NCBI GenBank assembly: GCA_964291675.2
Contig: OZ219866.1
Span: 1,056,001-1,120,000, forward strand
Source of the DNA: Alphaproteobacteria bacterium
Lineage (GTDB): Bacteria > Pseudomonadota > Alphaproteobacteria > MPNO01
Reading direction: 5' to 3'
Length of the DNA: 64,000 bases
This document shows positions 10,279 through 19,944 of this stretch, piece after piece. The position numbers and the translations under genes were made by a program. The notes below the pieces were generated by a model. The model searched no databases. It worked only from the letters and a program-made list of their open reading frames with translations, and was not told where the DNA came from. Positions within the stretch are counted from its first letter, which is position 1, and every line of letters starts with the position of its first letter.

Positions 10279-11001
10279 ATGATCTTCGAATGCCGCCGCT
10301 ATACCCTCCAGCCCGGGCGGATGGGGGATTTCATCGCGCTCCAGCACCGGCGCGGCTTCGACGGGCCGAATGCCGGGTTCATCTCTCGGGTGATCGGCTA
10401 TTTCGAGACCGTCACCGGAACGCCCGAGCAGATCGTCCACCTCTACCGCTACGACAGCCACGCCGACTGGATCGAGAAGCTGCACGGGCTCTATGCCGTC
10501 CCCGAGCTCGCCTTCTACTTCACCGAGGCGCGGGCGATGGTGGACCGCCAGGAGACCAATTTCTTCCAGCCCGCCCCGCTCGCCGAGCTCTGCCCGCTGT
10601 GGCACGGCGAGACCGACTGGCTGCCCGGGCCGGGGCGGGAGCGCTGGGATCTCGGCGACATGCCCGACCTGGTGGTCGAGGAGACCCTGGAGGCGCTTAA
10701 GCCCGGCGGGCTCGTGGCCTACTGGCAGGCGATGGAGGCGTGCGGGCTGGAGGCCACGGCGCCGCTGCGGCGCGACACCTTGGCCACCTGGTGGTCGATG
10801 ACCGGGCGGCTCCACGTGGTCGCCTCGTATCGCCTGTTCGCGTCGCTCGCCGAGCGCGAGCGCTGCCGGCGCGAGGCCGCGGACGGCGCCGCGATGGCGG
10901 CGTTCGACGCGGCGCTGCGGCCGATCCTGCGCGAGCGGACGACCACCCTGCTCCGCCCCGTGCGCGTGCCCCAGATGAGCCCGATGTTCCGCCTCGGCTG
11001 A
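10279..11001 (+). CDS. Tandem NIPSNAP-domain protein
   Basis: MIFECRRYTLQPG...IGYFETVTGTPEQIVHLYRY, and a second unit LKPGG...WWSMTGRLHVV...SLAERERCR. Confidence 0.8.
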   Translation: MIFECRRYTLQPGRMGDFIALQHRRGFDGPNAGFISRVIGYFETVTGTPEQIVHLYRYDSHADWIEKLHGLYAVPELAFYFTEARAMVDRQETNFFQPAPLAELCPLWHGETDWLPGPGRERWDLGDMPDLVVEETLEALKPGGLVAYWQAMEACGLEATAPLRRDTLATWWSMTGRLHVVASYRLFASLAERERCRREAADGAAMAAFDAALRPILRERTTTLLRPVRVPQMSPMFRLG

Positions 11002-11027
11002 GGCGAATTTCCCGGCAGCGCAGCCGA

Positions 11028-11144
11028 GGGCGTCCTTCGATACGCCCCCTTCGGGGGCTACTCAGGATGAGGGAGGGCTATTGCGGCCGTCCGACACCTC
11101 ACCCTCATCCTGAGTAGCGGCGAAGCCGCGTATCGAAGGACGCC
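11028..11144. repeat. Palindromic intergenic repeat family A, copy 2
   Basis: Inverted arms GGGCGTCCTTCGATACGCCCCCTTCGGGGGCTACTCAGGATGAGGG / CCCTCATCCTGAGTAGCGGCGAAGCCGCGTATCGAAGGACGCC. Confidence 0.85.
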
Positions 11145-12502
11145 TACCCCATCGTCCGCGGCAGCCAGAGCACGATGCCGGGGAAGGCGAGCAGCACGCC
11201 GACGGTGATCACGTCGGCGACGAAGAACGGGCCGATGCCGCGGAACACGTCCTGCAGCGGGATGGCGAGCGAGCGGCCCTCGGCGTCGCGCAGCTCGCGC
11301 GAGACCCCCGCGACGACGAAGCAGTTGAGGCCGATCGGCGGGGTGATCAGGCAGATCTCGGCCATCTTGACGACGATGATTCCGAACCAGATCGGGTCGT
11401 AGCCGAGCGCGACGACGGCCGGGAAGACCACCGGCAATGTGAGCACCAGCATGCCGATCGCATCCATGAACATGCCGAGCACGGCATAGGCCAGCAGGAT
11501 GCAGATCATGATCAGGATCGGCGGCATGTCGAGCGTGACCACCCAATCGGCGAAGGCGCTCGGCAGCCCGGCGAAGCCGAGGAAGCGGACGAACAGGAAG
11601 ACGCCCCAGATCAGGGTGAAGATCATCACCGTGAGCTTCGCCGTCTCCATCAGCGCCTCGTGCAGCCGGCCCCGCATCTCGCCCAGCGCGCGCTCGCGCC
11701 AGGCGCGGAGCGCGTAGAAGCAGAACACCACCATGGCGCCGAGCGCGCCCGCCTCGGTCGGGGTCGCGGCGCCGGTATAGAGCGCGCCGAAGATGACGCC
11801 GACGACGATGAAGATGGGGAGCGTCCCGGGCAGGCTCGCGAAGCGCTGCCGCCAGGTGAAGCCGGCGATCGGCCGGCCGAGCTCCGGGCGGAGCCTGCAC
11901 ATGCCGACGATCAGCGCCGCATAGATCAGCGCGGACACGATGCCCGGCAGGAAGCCGGCGAGCAGCAGCCGGCCCACCGATTCCTCGACGATGATGGCAT
12001 AGACGACGAGGATCGCGGACGGAGGGATCAGCGATGCCAGGGTCCCGCCGGCGGCGATCACGCCGGCGGTCAGCCGCCGGTCGTAGGCGTTGCGCAGCAT
12101 GTCCGGGATGGCGACGCGGGAGAACACCGCGGCCGTCGCCGTCGAGGCGCCGGACACCGCGGCGAAGCCGGCGGTGGCGAACACGGTCGCCACCGCGAGC
12201 CCGCCCGGCACCCAGCCGAACCAGCGCCGCGCCGCCTCGAACAGCCGCGAGGTGAGCCCGGCATAGAAAGCGAGGAAGCCGATCAGGATGAACAGCGGCA
12301 GCACCGAGAGCGGGTAGGTGACGGTCTTGGAATGCGGGATGGTGCCGGCGATGGCGCCCGCGATGTCCCAGTTCTTGAGCGCCAGCAGACCCAGGAAACC
12401 GGTCAGCGCGGCGGCGACGAAGACGCGGACCCCGATGACCACCATGACAATCAGCAGGCAGACGCCCAGAATGCCGATGGAGAAGTTGTCGAGGCCGAGC
12501 AT
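11144..12502 (-). CDS. dctM: TRAP transporter large permease DctM
   Basis: Multi-TM protein with AAVSGASTATAA, GTLASLIPPS, TPTEAGALGA and ITPPIGLN motifs. Confidence 0.95.
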   Translation of the reverse strand: MLGLDNFSIGILGVCLLIVMVVIGVRVFVAAALTGFLGLLALKNWDIAGAIAGTIPHSKTVTYPLSVLPLFILIGFLAFYAGLTSRLFEAARRWFGWVPGGLAVATVFATAGFAAVSGASTATAAVFSRVAIPDMLRNAYDRRLTAGVIAAGGTLASLIPPSAILVVYAIIVEESVGRLLLAGFLPGIVSALIYAALIVGMCRLRPELGRPIAGFTWRQRFASLPGTLPIFIVVGVIFGALYTGAATPTEAGALGAMVVFCFYALRAWRERALGEMRGRLHEALMETAKLTVMIFTLIWGVFLFVRFLGFAGLPSAFADWVVTLDMPPILIMICILLAYAVLGMFMDAIGMLVLTLPVVFPAVVALGYDPIWFGIIVVKMAEICLITPPIGLNCFVVAGVSRELRDAEGRSLAIPLQDVFRGIGPFFVADVITVGVLLAFPGIVLWLPRTMG

Positions 12503-12504
12503 CG

Positions 12505-13104
12505 CTAGCGGCCCCCTTCGCGCGCCTGGCCGATCTCCTCGGCCGCCGCCTGCTCCACGTCCTTCAGCAGCGGCACCGCCACCGGCTCGCTACCGGGACG
12601 AGCTGCGAGCCGGAGATAGCCCGCCATCTGTACCGCGAGCCGGACCAGCAATACGGCAAGCGCGACCGGAACCACCAGCTTGGCCGGCCAGGTGACGATC
12701 TCGATGTCGATGGTGGAATCGCCGAAATCGAAGGCGCGTTCGAAATGGCGGTAAGAGTAGGGGATCAGCACCGCGACGATGAACATGGCGAGCGCCGTGC
12801 CCACCGCCTCGGCGATCCAGAGCGCGCGTCCCCGGAAGCGGGCGACGACGAGCTCCATGCGCACATGACCGCCGACCCGCTGGACGAAGGCGATGGCGAG
12901 CACGGCGAAACCCACCATCGACACCTCGACGATGTCGATATAGCCGAAGATCGGGCTGCGGAAGACGGTGCGCAGCACGATCTGCGCGACGCCGAGCAGC
13001 ATCAGCGCGAAGATCAGCAGCCCGGCCAGCAGGTTGAGCCGGTTCTCCACCCGGCCGAGCCACAGATCGGCCCGCGCGAGGGCGCGGCCAAGGGCATCGC
13101 TCAT
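12505..13104 (-). CDS. dctQ: TRAP transporter small permease DctQ
   Basis: Four TM segments and GGHVRMELV motif; lies between dctP and dctM. Confidence 0.92.
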   Translation of the reverse strand: MSDALGRALARADLWLGRVENRLNLLAGLLIFALMLLGVAQIVLRTVFRSPIFGYIDIVEVSMVGFAVLAIAFVQRVGGHVRMELVVARFRGRALWIAEAVGTALAMFIVAVLIPYSYRHFERAFDFGDSTIDIEIVTWPAKLVVPVALAVLLVRLAVQMAGYLRLAARPGSEPVAVPLLKDVEQAAAEEIGQAREGGR

Positions 13105-13162
13105 GACACGGATCCGCTCGGGGCCCCGGGCCCGGTGCCGGACCCGGGGTCTTCGCGAGCGT

Positions 13163-14194
13163 CTAGTAGGTCTTGCCTACCGCCTTGAAGATGGTCTGGA
13201 TCACGCCCCGGGCGTCGAACTTGCCCTGGTTGTCCTCGATCCAGGCCTCGATCACCGGCTTGCCCCCGGCGGCGCGGAACCTGGCGAGCTGATCCTCGGA
13301 GTAGCGGACTTCCTTTAGCTTCTTCTTCAGCATCGGCAGGTTCTTCTTGTCCATCGTGACATAGGCCCGGATCTGGGTCTCGATCACGTCCTCCTTCGCG
13401 TCGTCCAGCAGCTTCCTGTACTGCGCGGGCAGCGCTTCATAGGCCTTGATCGAAAACGCCAGCGGGCAGTCCGACGTGCCGGGCGAGAGGTTGGCGGTGT
13501 ACCAGTCGGCCACCTCGTGGATCTTGTAGGCGACATGCGCGTAGGTGAAGGGAAAGGATGCGGCGTCCATCGTCCCCTGCTGCACGCCGGTATAGACCTC
13601 GGTGGCGGTCGAGGTCGTCGGCGTTGCGCCGAGCACCTTCATCGCGCGGGCGACGCCGCCGCCGGCGCGCACCGTCAGCCCCTTCCAGTCGGCGAGCGTC
13701 GCCGGCGGCTTGCCCTTGCCCAGGAACTCGTATTGCGGCAGGTAGGACGACACGTAGGTCATCGCGTTCCACCTGGCGAGCTCCTTCTTCACCGCCGGGT
13801 GGGCGTAGACCGCGTCGCGGATCTTGCGGTTGTTGCCCCAGTCGCCCATCGGCAGGAACGGCATGGTGAGCGACATCAGCGCCGGGTTCTTCTTCGGGTG
13901 GTAGAAGTTGCAGAACATCGCCGCCTGGAACGCATCCACCGAGAGCCCGTCGAGGTTCTCGCGCGATTTCGACAGCGCCCCGCCATAGTGCAGCTTGATG
14001 GTCCAGTTGCCGCCGGTCTTCTCGGCGACCAGCGCGGACAGCCGCTCGACGCCGGCCGTGAACGCGCGCTTCTTGCCCCAGAGCGAGACATCCCAGTTGA
14101 GCTTCGGCCCGTCCACCTCGGCCGCCTTGGCTCCGGCCGCGGCGAAGCCGATCGCGGCGAGCAAAGCGAGCCCCGTTGCACCGATTCTCCTCAT
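13163..14194 (-). CDS. dctP: TRAP substrate-binding protein DctP
   Basis: Signal peptide MRRIGATGLALLAA..., DWKGLTVRA and EVYTGVQQGTMDAA motifs. Confidence 0.93.
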   Translation of the reverse strand: MRRIGATGLALLAAIGFAAAGAKAAEVDGPKLNWDVSLWGKKRAFTAGVERLSALVAEKTGGNWTIKLHYGGALSKSRENLDGLSVDAFQAAMFCNFYHPKKNPALMSLTMPFLPMGDWGNNRKIRDAVYAHPAVKKELARWNAMTYVSSYLPQYEFLGKGKPPATLADWKGLTVRAGGGVARAMKVLGATPTTSTATEVYTGVQQGTMDAASFPFTYAHVAYKIHEVADWYTANLSPGTSDCPLAFSIKAYEALPAQYRKLLDDAKEDVIETQIRAYVTMDKKNLPMLKKKLKEVRYSEDQLARFRAAGGKPVIEAWIEDNQGKFDARGVIQTIFKAVGKTY

Positions 14195-14317
14195 GGCACC
14201 TGATCTCCCTTGTCCATTGACCCCCAATTTAGACCGTTTCACCGGGAAGTCGACTGCCAGCCCGCATTGTCGGCCGGACAGCGCCGCGCAGGCCATGACA
14301 GTGGCGGGAAATGCGGG

Positions 14318-15325
14318 CTAGGCGAGCGCCGGCATCACGTGGCGGGCGAACAGCTCGACCGAGCGCGTGGTCTCCTCGCGCGTCAGGTCGCCGAACGCCA
14401 TCTGGCCCACCATGTAGTTGGCCTCGGCGACCGCCATGCGCTCGGCGAGGACGGCGGCGACGGTATCCGGGCTTCCCGCCACCGCGCGGCCCTGGCCCGC
14501 CATCTCGTCGAAGCTCGGCGGGCGCCGGTGTTTGGGCAGCGGCGCGTCGTGAAGCACGAACAGATAGTTGAAGCTGCGGTGCCAGACCGGATAGGCGCGG
14601 CGCGCGGACGCCAACGCTTCCGCATCGCTCTCGCCCACCACCACGAACATGCCGAGCCCGACGAGGCCGGGCGCGCTGTCCGCGCCATGCGCCTCGGCCC
14701 AGGTCGACCGGTAGCTGCGCGCGAAGGCGCCGGTCTCCTCGGCGGTATCCAGGCTCACGATATGGCTCCCCATGCGCGCCGCCCGCGCCGCGCTGTCGGT
14801 GGCATGCACGCCGTACCAGAGCGGCGGGTGGGGCTTCTGGTAGGGCTCGACGAAGAGCGGGGTGTCGTCGAAGCTCGCGTATTTTCCGCGGTGGTGGAGC
14901 CTGCCGTTGGCGAGCCCGTCGAGCACGATGTCGAGATACTCGCGGTAGATCGGCTCGGCCTCCGCGTGGTCGTTGCCGAAATAGGACGCCTCGATGGGTG
15001 ATGCGCCGCGGCCGAAGCCGATCTCCAGCCTTCCGCCGCTCATCTGGTCGAGCATGCAGATCTCCTGCACCAGGCGGAGCGGGTGGTAGAGCGGCAGCGC
15101 GTAGACCAGCGGGCCGAAGCGGAGCCGCTCGGTGCGCATCGCCACCGCGCTGAGGAACAGATTGGGCGACGGCGCCATGCCGAGCGGCGTCGAGTGGTGC
15201 TCGGCCACGTGGTAGCTGCGGAAGCCCGAGCGCTCGAACAGCCCGATCAGCGCCAGACGGTCGGCGTAGTATTCGTCGAGCGGCTGGCCGGTCGCGTCGA
15301 GATGGTCGAAGATGCCGAATTCCAC
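14318..15325 (-). CDS. LLM-class flavin-dependent oxidoreductase
   Basis: EFGIFDHLD, VAEHHSTPLGMAPSP, LDQMSGGRLEIGFGRG and PYQKPHPPLW motifs; GTG start. Confidence 0.92.
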   Translation of the reverse strand: MEFGIFDHLDATGQPLDEYYADRLALIGLFERSGFRSYHVAEHHSTPLGMAPSPNLFLSAVAMRTERLRFGPLVYALPLYHPLRLVQEICMLDQMSGGRLEIGFGRGASPIEASYFGNDHAEAEPIYREYLDIVLDGLANGRLHHRGKYASFDDTPLFVEPYQKPHPPLWYGVHATDSAARAARMGSHIVSLDTAEETGAFARSYRSTWAEAHGADSAPGLVGLGMFVVVGESDAEALASARRAYPVWHRSFNYLFVLHDAPLPKHRRPPSFDEMAGQGRAVAGSPDTVAAVLAERMAVAEANYMVGQMAFGDLTREETTRSVELFARHVMPALA

Positions 15326-15412
15326 GCGTTTTCCCTTCCCGCCCCCGCAGCCGCCGGGGATTGTTGCAGGCGGCCGCGCAACCATCAATCATGGCGCGAC
15401 GGAGGATCCGAC

Positions 15413-15922
15413 ATGGCACCCGCACCGAGCATACGCCGCATCGTCACCGGCCACGGCGAGGACCGCATCGCCCGGGCGATGCTGGACAGCCCGGCGACCA
15501 ACGCCAAGCAGGCCGGCAACGGCGCCGTCTCGACGCTGATCTGGTCGACCGACCGGATGCCGGCCGACATCGCCATCGGCGCCGGCTTCGAGGACATGGG
15601 CGCGCGCATCCTCGGCACCCAGCCGCCGCCCTCGGGCACCCGCTTCGCGGTGATCGAGTTTCCGCCCGGCGCGCCGACCGCGATGCACCGGACCGAATCG
15701 ATCGACTATGTGATTTGCATCGCCGGCGAGATCGACATGGACATGGACGACTCGACCGTCACCATGCGGGCGGGCGACGTGATGGTCCAGCGCGGCACCA
15801 ACCACGCATGGGTCAACCGCTCGGCCGATCCGGCCCGGCTCGCCTTCGTGCTGATCGACGCCGAGCCGCTCGGCATCGGCGAGCCCGTGGCGCATGGGCA
15901 GAGCGTGGGAGGCAAAGAATGA
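15413..15922 (+). CDS. Cupin-domain protein
   Basis: IRRIVTGH, MHRTESIDY and GDVMVQRGTNHAWVN motifs. Confidence 0.9.
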   Translation: MAPAPSIRRIVTGHGEDRIARAMLDSPATNAKQAGNGAVSTLIWSTDRMPADIAIGAGFEDMGARILGTQPPPSGTRFAVIEFPPGAPTAMHRTESIDYVICIAGEIDMDMDDSTVTMRAGDVMVQRGTNHAWVNRSADPARLAFVLIDAEPLGIGEPVAHGQSVGGKE

Positions 15923-16473
15923 AACCGCAGAGAATCCCCGATCTCACCCCCGACGAGATGGACCGGCGCCAGCGCGCGCTGTTCGAGGCCATCGCCGGGC
16001 CGCGCGGCGGCGTGGTGCGGGGCCCGTTCGCGATCTGGTTGCGCCACCCGGACCTGGTGGAGAAGGCGAACGCGCTCGGCAACCATCTGCGCGACGCGAC
16101 GTCGCTGGCCACGCACCTCTCCGAGCTTGCGATCCTGGTCACCGCGCGGTTCTGGGGCGCGAGCTACGAATGGTACGCGCATGAAGGCCTCGCCGCCGCC
16201 GCGGGCGTCGACCGGGCGGTCATCGAGGCGATCCGCGACGACCGCGAGCCCGACTTCGACGACCCCGAGTCCGCCATCGTCTACCGGGTCAGCCGCGCGC
16301 TCTACCGGGTCAAGGAGATCCCCGACGAGACCTACCGCGAGGCGATCGGGATCCTCGGCCAGGAACGGACCGTCGACCTGGTTGCGGTGCTCGGCTTCTA
16401 CACCATGGTGGCGATGACGCTGAACGCCTTCAACGCGCCGCTGCCCGAGGGCGCGGCCGACCCCTTCGCGTGA
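15919..16473 (+). CDS. Carboxymuconolactone decarboxylase/AhpD-like protein
   Basis: GPFAIWLRHP, ELAILVTARFW..YEWYAH and DLVAVLGFYTMVA motifs; ATGA coupling. Confidence 0.88.
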   Translation: MKPQRIPDLTPDEMDRRQRALFEAIAGPRGGVVRGPFAIWLRHPDLVEKANALGNHLRDATSLATHLSELAILVTARFWGASYEWYAHEGLAAAAGVDRAVIEAIRDDREPDFDDPESAIVYRVSRALYRVKEIPDETYREAIGILGQERTVDLVAVLGFYTMVAMTLNAFNAPLPEGAADPFA

Positions 16474-16482
16474 GGCCGGTGG

Positions 16483-17847
16483 ATGACAGGCTACGACCCG
16501 AAGACACATTCCCTTATCACCTTCCACGACCGCGTGGCCGCGTTCCGCGACGGCGCGGACACGCCGCGCGACCTGCTTGAGCGCTGCATCGCCGCCATCG
16601 AGGCGCGCGAGGACGAGATCATGGCCTGGGCCCATCTCGATCTCGACGGTGCGCGCAGGGCGGCGGATGCGGCGGGCGCGCGCTACCGGGAAGGCAGGCC
16701 GCTGTCGCCCGTCGACGGGCTGCCCATCGGCATCAAGGATTTGATCGACACCGTCGACATGCCGACCGAGTACGGCTCGACCCTGTTCGCCGGCCACCGC
16801 CCGAAGCAGGATGCGGCGGCCGTGCTCGCGCTAAAGCAGGGTGGGGCAGTCATTCTCGGCAAGACGGTGACGATCGCCTTCGGCGGCGGCGACCCGGCCA
16901 GGACCCGCAACCCGCACGACACGCGCCGCACGCCGGGCGGCTCGTCGAGCGGGTCCGCCGCCGCGGTCGGCGCGGCCACCGTCCCGGCCGCCATCGGCAC
17001 CCACGCGCGCGGCTCGACCGTCCGGCCTGCGAGCTTCTGCGGCGCCTTCGCGCTCAAGCCGAGCTTCGGGGCGATCAACCGCCAGGGCGTGTTCTCCGCC
17101 GCCGACAGCATGGACCATCTCGGCACCTTCGCAGGCTCGCTCCGCGATGTCTGGATCGTCGCCCGCCACATGGCGCGGCTCGCCGGCGGCGACCCCGGCC
17201 ATCCCGGGCTCTACGGCGGCGCCGCGCCGCCCGCGCCGCAGAAGCCGATGCGCCTGGTGCGGCTGGGGATGGCGGGCTGGGCCGAGACCGACGATGCGAC
17301 CAAGACGGCCTTCGAGGAGATCGTGGCGGGCCTCGCCGCGTCGGGGGTCGAGATCTTCGCCAAGGGCGACGATCCGGCGATCGACGACTACGAGGCCCGG
17401 CTCGCGGCGATGCCGGAGCTGTGGCGCGACCTCTACCGCTTCGAGATGCGCTGGCCGATGCTGCAATATCTCGCGCTCTACCCCGACGACGTGCCGCCCA
17501 GGCTCAAGCGCGGGCTGGAGGAGGGGGCGGGGCTCACCCAGGAGACCTACCGCGCGGCGCTAGTGCAACGGGCCCATGTCAGGAACCTGCACGGCGAGCT
17601 CGCCAACCGGGCCGACGGCTTCGTGACGCTCGCCTCGCCCGGCCCCGGCCCGGTCGGGATGGACCAGGGCAGCGCGGTGTTCAACGAGCCGTCCTCGGTG
17701 CTCGGCGCCCCGGCCGTGTCGCTCCCCTTGATGGCGGTCGACGGCGCGCCGGTCGGGCTCCAGCTCATGGGCCGCATCGGCGGCGACGAGGCGCTCGCCG
17801 CCTGCGGCCTGTGGGTGGCCGAGCGGGTGCTCGGGCGGGGGGTCTAG
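16483..17847 (+). CDS. Amidase-signature family enzyme
   Basis: GIKDLID, TPGGSSSGSAAAV and GSTVRPASFCG (Ser-cisSer-Lys triad). Confidence 0.92.
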   Translation: MTGYDPKTHSLITFHDRVAAFRDGADTPRDLLERCIAAIEAREDEIMAWAHLDLDGARRAADAAGARYREGRPLSPVDGLPIGIKDLIDTVDMPTEYGSTLFAGHRPKQDAAAVLALKQGGAVILGKTVTIAFGGGDPARTRNPHDTRRTPGGSSSGSAAAVGAATVPAAIGTHARGSTVRPASFCGAFALKPSFGAINRQGVFSAADSMDHLGTFAGSLRDVWIVARHMARLAGGDPGHPGLYGGAAPPAPQKPMRLVRLGMAGWAETDDATKTAFEEIVAGLAASGVEIFAKGDDPAIDDYEARLAAMPELWRDLYRFEMRWPMLQYLALYPDDVPPRLKRGLEEGAGLTQETYRAALVQRAHVRNLHGELANRADGFVTLASPGPGPVGMDQGSAVFNEPSSVLGAPAVSLPLMAVDGAPVGLQLMGRIGGDEALAACGLWVAERVLGRGV

Positions 17848-18062
17848 GGCGCGTTCGTCCCCCACCTCGTCATATAGACGGAGCCGGCAGGAGGCCCGCG
17901 AAGCTGAGATGTCAGGAGCCCATACCCCATTTGCCGATAACGAAGAGGCGTGGACTACAGGGCGAAGTTCGGTCGACCGGGCCGCCCAAATCCTCGCTGC
18001 CGGGCTTGTCATGCCAAAGCCGAGCCACCACTATATCTAGCTGGATAGGGGAGGACTGTCCC

Positions 18063-18395
18063 GTGCAGTTCCATGTACCCACGGTCCTGGGTTTCTTCGG
18101 CGCCTGGGCGTCTGTTGTCGCGCCGCTTGGGGGGCTCAGCCTGTGGTTGGCCGATCGAGAGCAACATTCGACGCTGGCTGCGGAGCGCCGTCTGCAAGAA
18201 CAGATAAAGCAAGTCGAGGGGCAGCTACGGCAAGTCGAGGGTCGCTTGCAGGCAGAGGTGCGGGACGCACAAGAAAGCGTTACCTCGCTCAGCTTTCGTC
18301 TCTCTGGCGTCGCCGAAGACGCCGCCTTCATCAAGGGCTATCTGCGGATGACCCGGGCTCCGGATGCTCCCGCCGCTACAAAAGACGATCGCTAA
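18063..18395 (+). CDS. Small hypothetical protein: N-terminal TM helix plus heptad coiled coil
   Basis: GGAGG RBS before GTG 18063; hydrophobic N-terminus, then KQVEGQL-RQVEGRL heptad repeat. Confidence 0.6.
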   Translation: MQFHVPTVLGFFGAWASVVAPLGGLSLWLADREQHSTLAAERRLQEQIKQVEGQLRQVEGRLQAEVRDAQESVTSLSFRLSGVAEDAAFIKGYLRMTRAPDAPAATKDDR

Positions 18396-18439
18396 CCTCT
18401 CCCCGCACCGTCCTATAGCGGCTCGGCTGCGGGCGCGGC

Positions 18440-18973
18440 TCAGGTAATGGTCGGCGCGATCTCGGCGCGCCATTCCTCGACCGGGCAGAACGACTCTTCG
18501 GCGCCGAACCGGGCCCTGGTGGTCGCGTGGATCTCCTCGTCCGACAACGAGAAGTCGAGCACCTCGCGCTGCGGCTGCTGCACGTACCACGGCGTGTCCA
18601 TGAACACTTCGAGCCGGTTGCCCTCGGGGTCGCGGAAGTAGATCGACCAGGCGTTGCCGTGATCGGTCGGGTCGAAGCCGTCCACGCCTTCCGCCACAAG
18701 CGCGTCGTGATAGACCCGGAGGTCGGCGAGCGAGGCGACCTTGAACGAGATCTGGTTGATCACATTGTAGGATTCCTCGGGCCGGCCGGTGATGAACACG
18801 ATCTGATGGTGGTGCCCGGCGTCGCGGCTGAGGAACGCCATCCGGGCCTTCCCGAACGCGCCGCCGTCGGTGATCCTGAAGCCGAGCACCCGGCGGTAGA
18901 AATCGGTCATCCTGTCGATGTCGGTGACGTAGACGCCGATATGGCCCATCTCGAATCTGGGGGCATCCGTCAT
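18440..18973 (-). CDS. VOC/glyoxalase-family protein (CatE-like)
   Basis: GHIGVYV, HHQI and DHGNAWSIYFRDPEGNRLE motifs. Confidence 0.88.
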   Translation of the reverse strand: MTDAPRFEMGHIGVYVTDIDRMTDFYRRVLGFRITDGGAFGKARMAFLSRDAGHHHQIVFITGRPEESYNVINQISFKVASLADLRVYHDALVAEGVDGFDPTDHGNAWSIYFRDPEGNRLEVFMDTPWYVQQPQREVLDFSLSDEEIHATTRARFGAEESFCPVEEWRAEIAPTIT

Positions 18974-19101
18974 CCCGGTCTCCTCCCTGTCGCGCCGACG
19001 GTCCACGAGCTTGTCTTAACCGACCGCGGCACAAAAGACAAAGGCGTTGGGCGGGCTCCGCGCGCCGGTTCGCGGCATCTCCGGCCGTACGACGACAACC
19101 C

Positions 19102-19944
19102 CTACGCCCCCGGGCTGGTGGCGGTCAGGCCGCCGTCGACGACGAGGCACTGGCCGGTGATGTAGGCGGCGTCGTCGCTGGCGAGGAACAGCGCCGCCCT
19201 GGCGACGTCCCAGGCATCGCCCATGCGGCGCATCGGCACGGTCGCCGAGCGGGCCGCGTGGTAGTCCTCGGGCGTCGCGTAGCCCTTGCGGATGTGGTTG
19301 GGCACGCCGTCCTTCTCGCGCAGGATGAACGGGGTCTTCATCAGCCCGGGCGCTATGCAGTTGGCGCGGATGTTCCTCGCCGCGTACTGGATGGCGATGT
19401 TCTTCGTCAGCTCGTTGAGCGCCCCCTTGGCCGCCGAGTAGGATGTGGACGGCACGCCGATATGGGTGAGGCCGGCGATCGAGGAGATGTTGACGATCGC
19501 CCCGCCGCCGTGGGCCTCCATGTGCGGGATGGCGGCCTTCATGGCGAGGAAGGCGCCGGTGACGTTGCGCGCGAGCGTGTCGTTCCAGTCCTCCAGCGCC
19601 ACGTCCATCAGCGCCGCGCCGGGGCCGGAGCCGCCGACATTGTTGTGCAATATGTCGATCCGCCCGAACGCGTCCACGCAGGCCGCGACCATGGCGGCGA
19701 TGTCGCGCTCGCCGGTCACGTCCGCCCGCCATGCGAGCGCGGTTCCGCCCTCCGATAGGACGATGTCGCGGGTCTCTTCGGCGGCGTCGAGACGGCGGTC
19801 GACGCAGAGCACCTTCGCCCCCTCGCGCGCGTAGAGCACCGCGGCGGCCTTGCCGTTGCCCCAGCCGGGTCCGATCGAGCCCGCACCGGTGACCAGCGCG
19901 ACCCTGCCGGCGACGCGTCCGGGCGCGGTGCCTTCTTCCGTCAC
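19102..19944 (-). CDS. SDR-family oxidoreductase
   Basis: VTGAGSIGPGWGNG, HNNVG, YSAAK and ITGQCLVVDGG motifs; GTGA overlap with the upstream gene. Confidence 0.93.
   Translation of the reverse strand: MTEEGTAPGRVAGRVALVTGAGSIGPGWGNGKAAAVLYAREGAKVLCVDRRLDAAEETRDIVLSEGGTALAWRADVTGERDIAAMVAACVDAFGRIDILHNNVGGSGPGAALMDVALEDWNDTLARNVTGAFLAMKAAIPHMEAHGGGAIVNISSIAGLTHIGVPSTSYSAAKGALNELTKNIAIQYAARNIRANCIAPGLMKTPFILREKDGVPNHIRKGYATPEDYHAARSATVPMRRMGDAWDVARAALFLASDDAAYITGQCLVVDGGLTATSPGA

Noticed and set aside
5937-11144. CRISPR array or autonomous IS element
   Set aside because: The repeats are dispersed inverted pairs, not regularly spaced direct repeats; there is no cas or transposase gene in the window
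17909-18040. 43-aa ORF MSGAHTPF...SHHYI upstream of the coiled-coil gene
   Set aside because: Short, no recognisable motif and poor RBS spacing; cannot be supported
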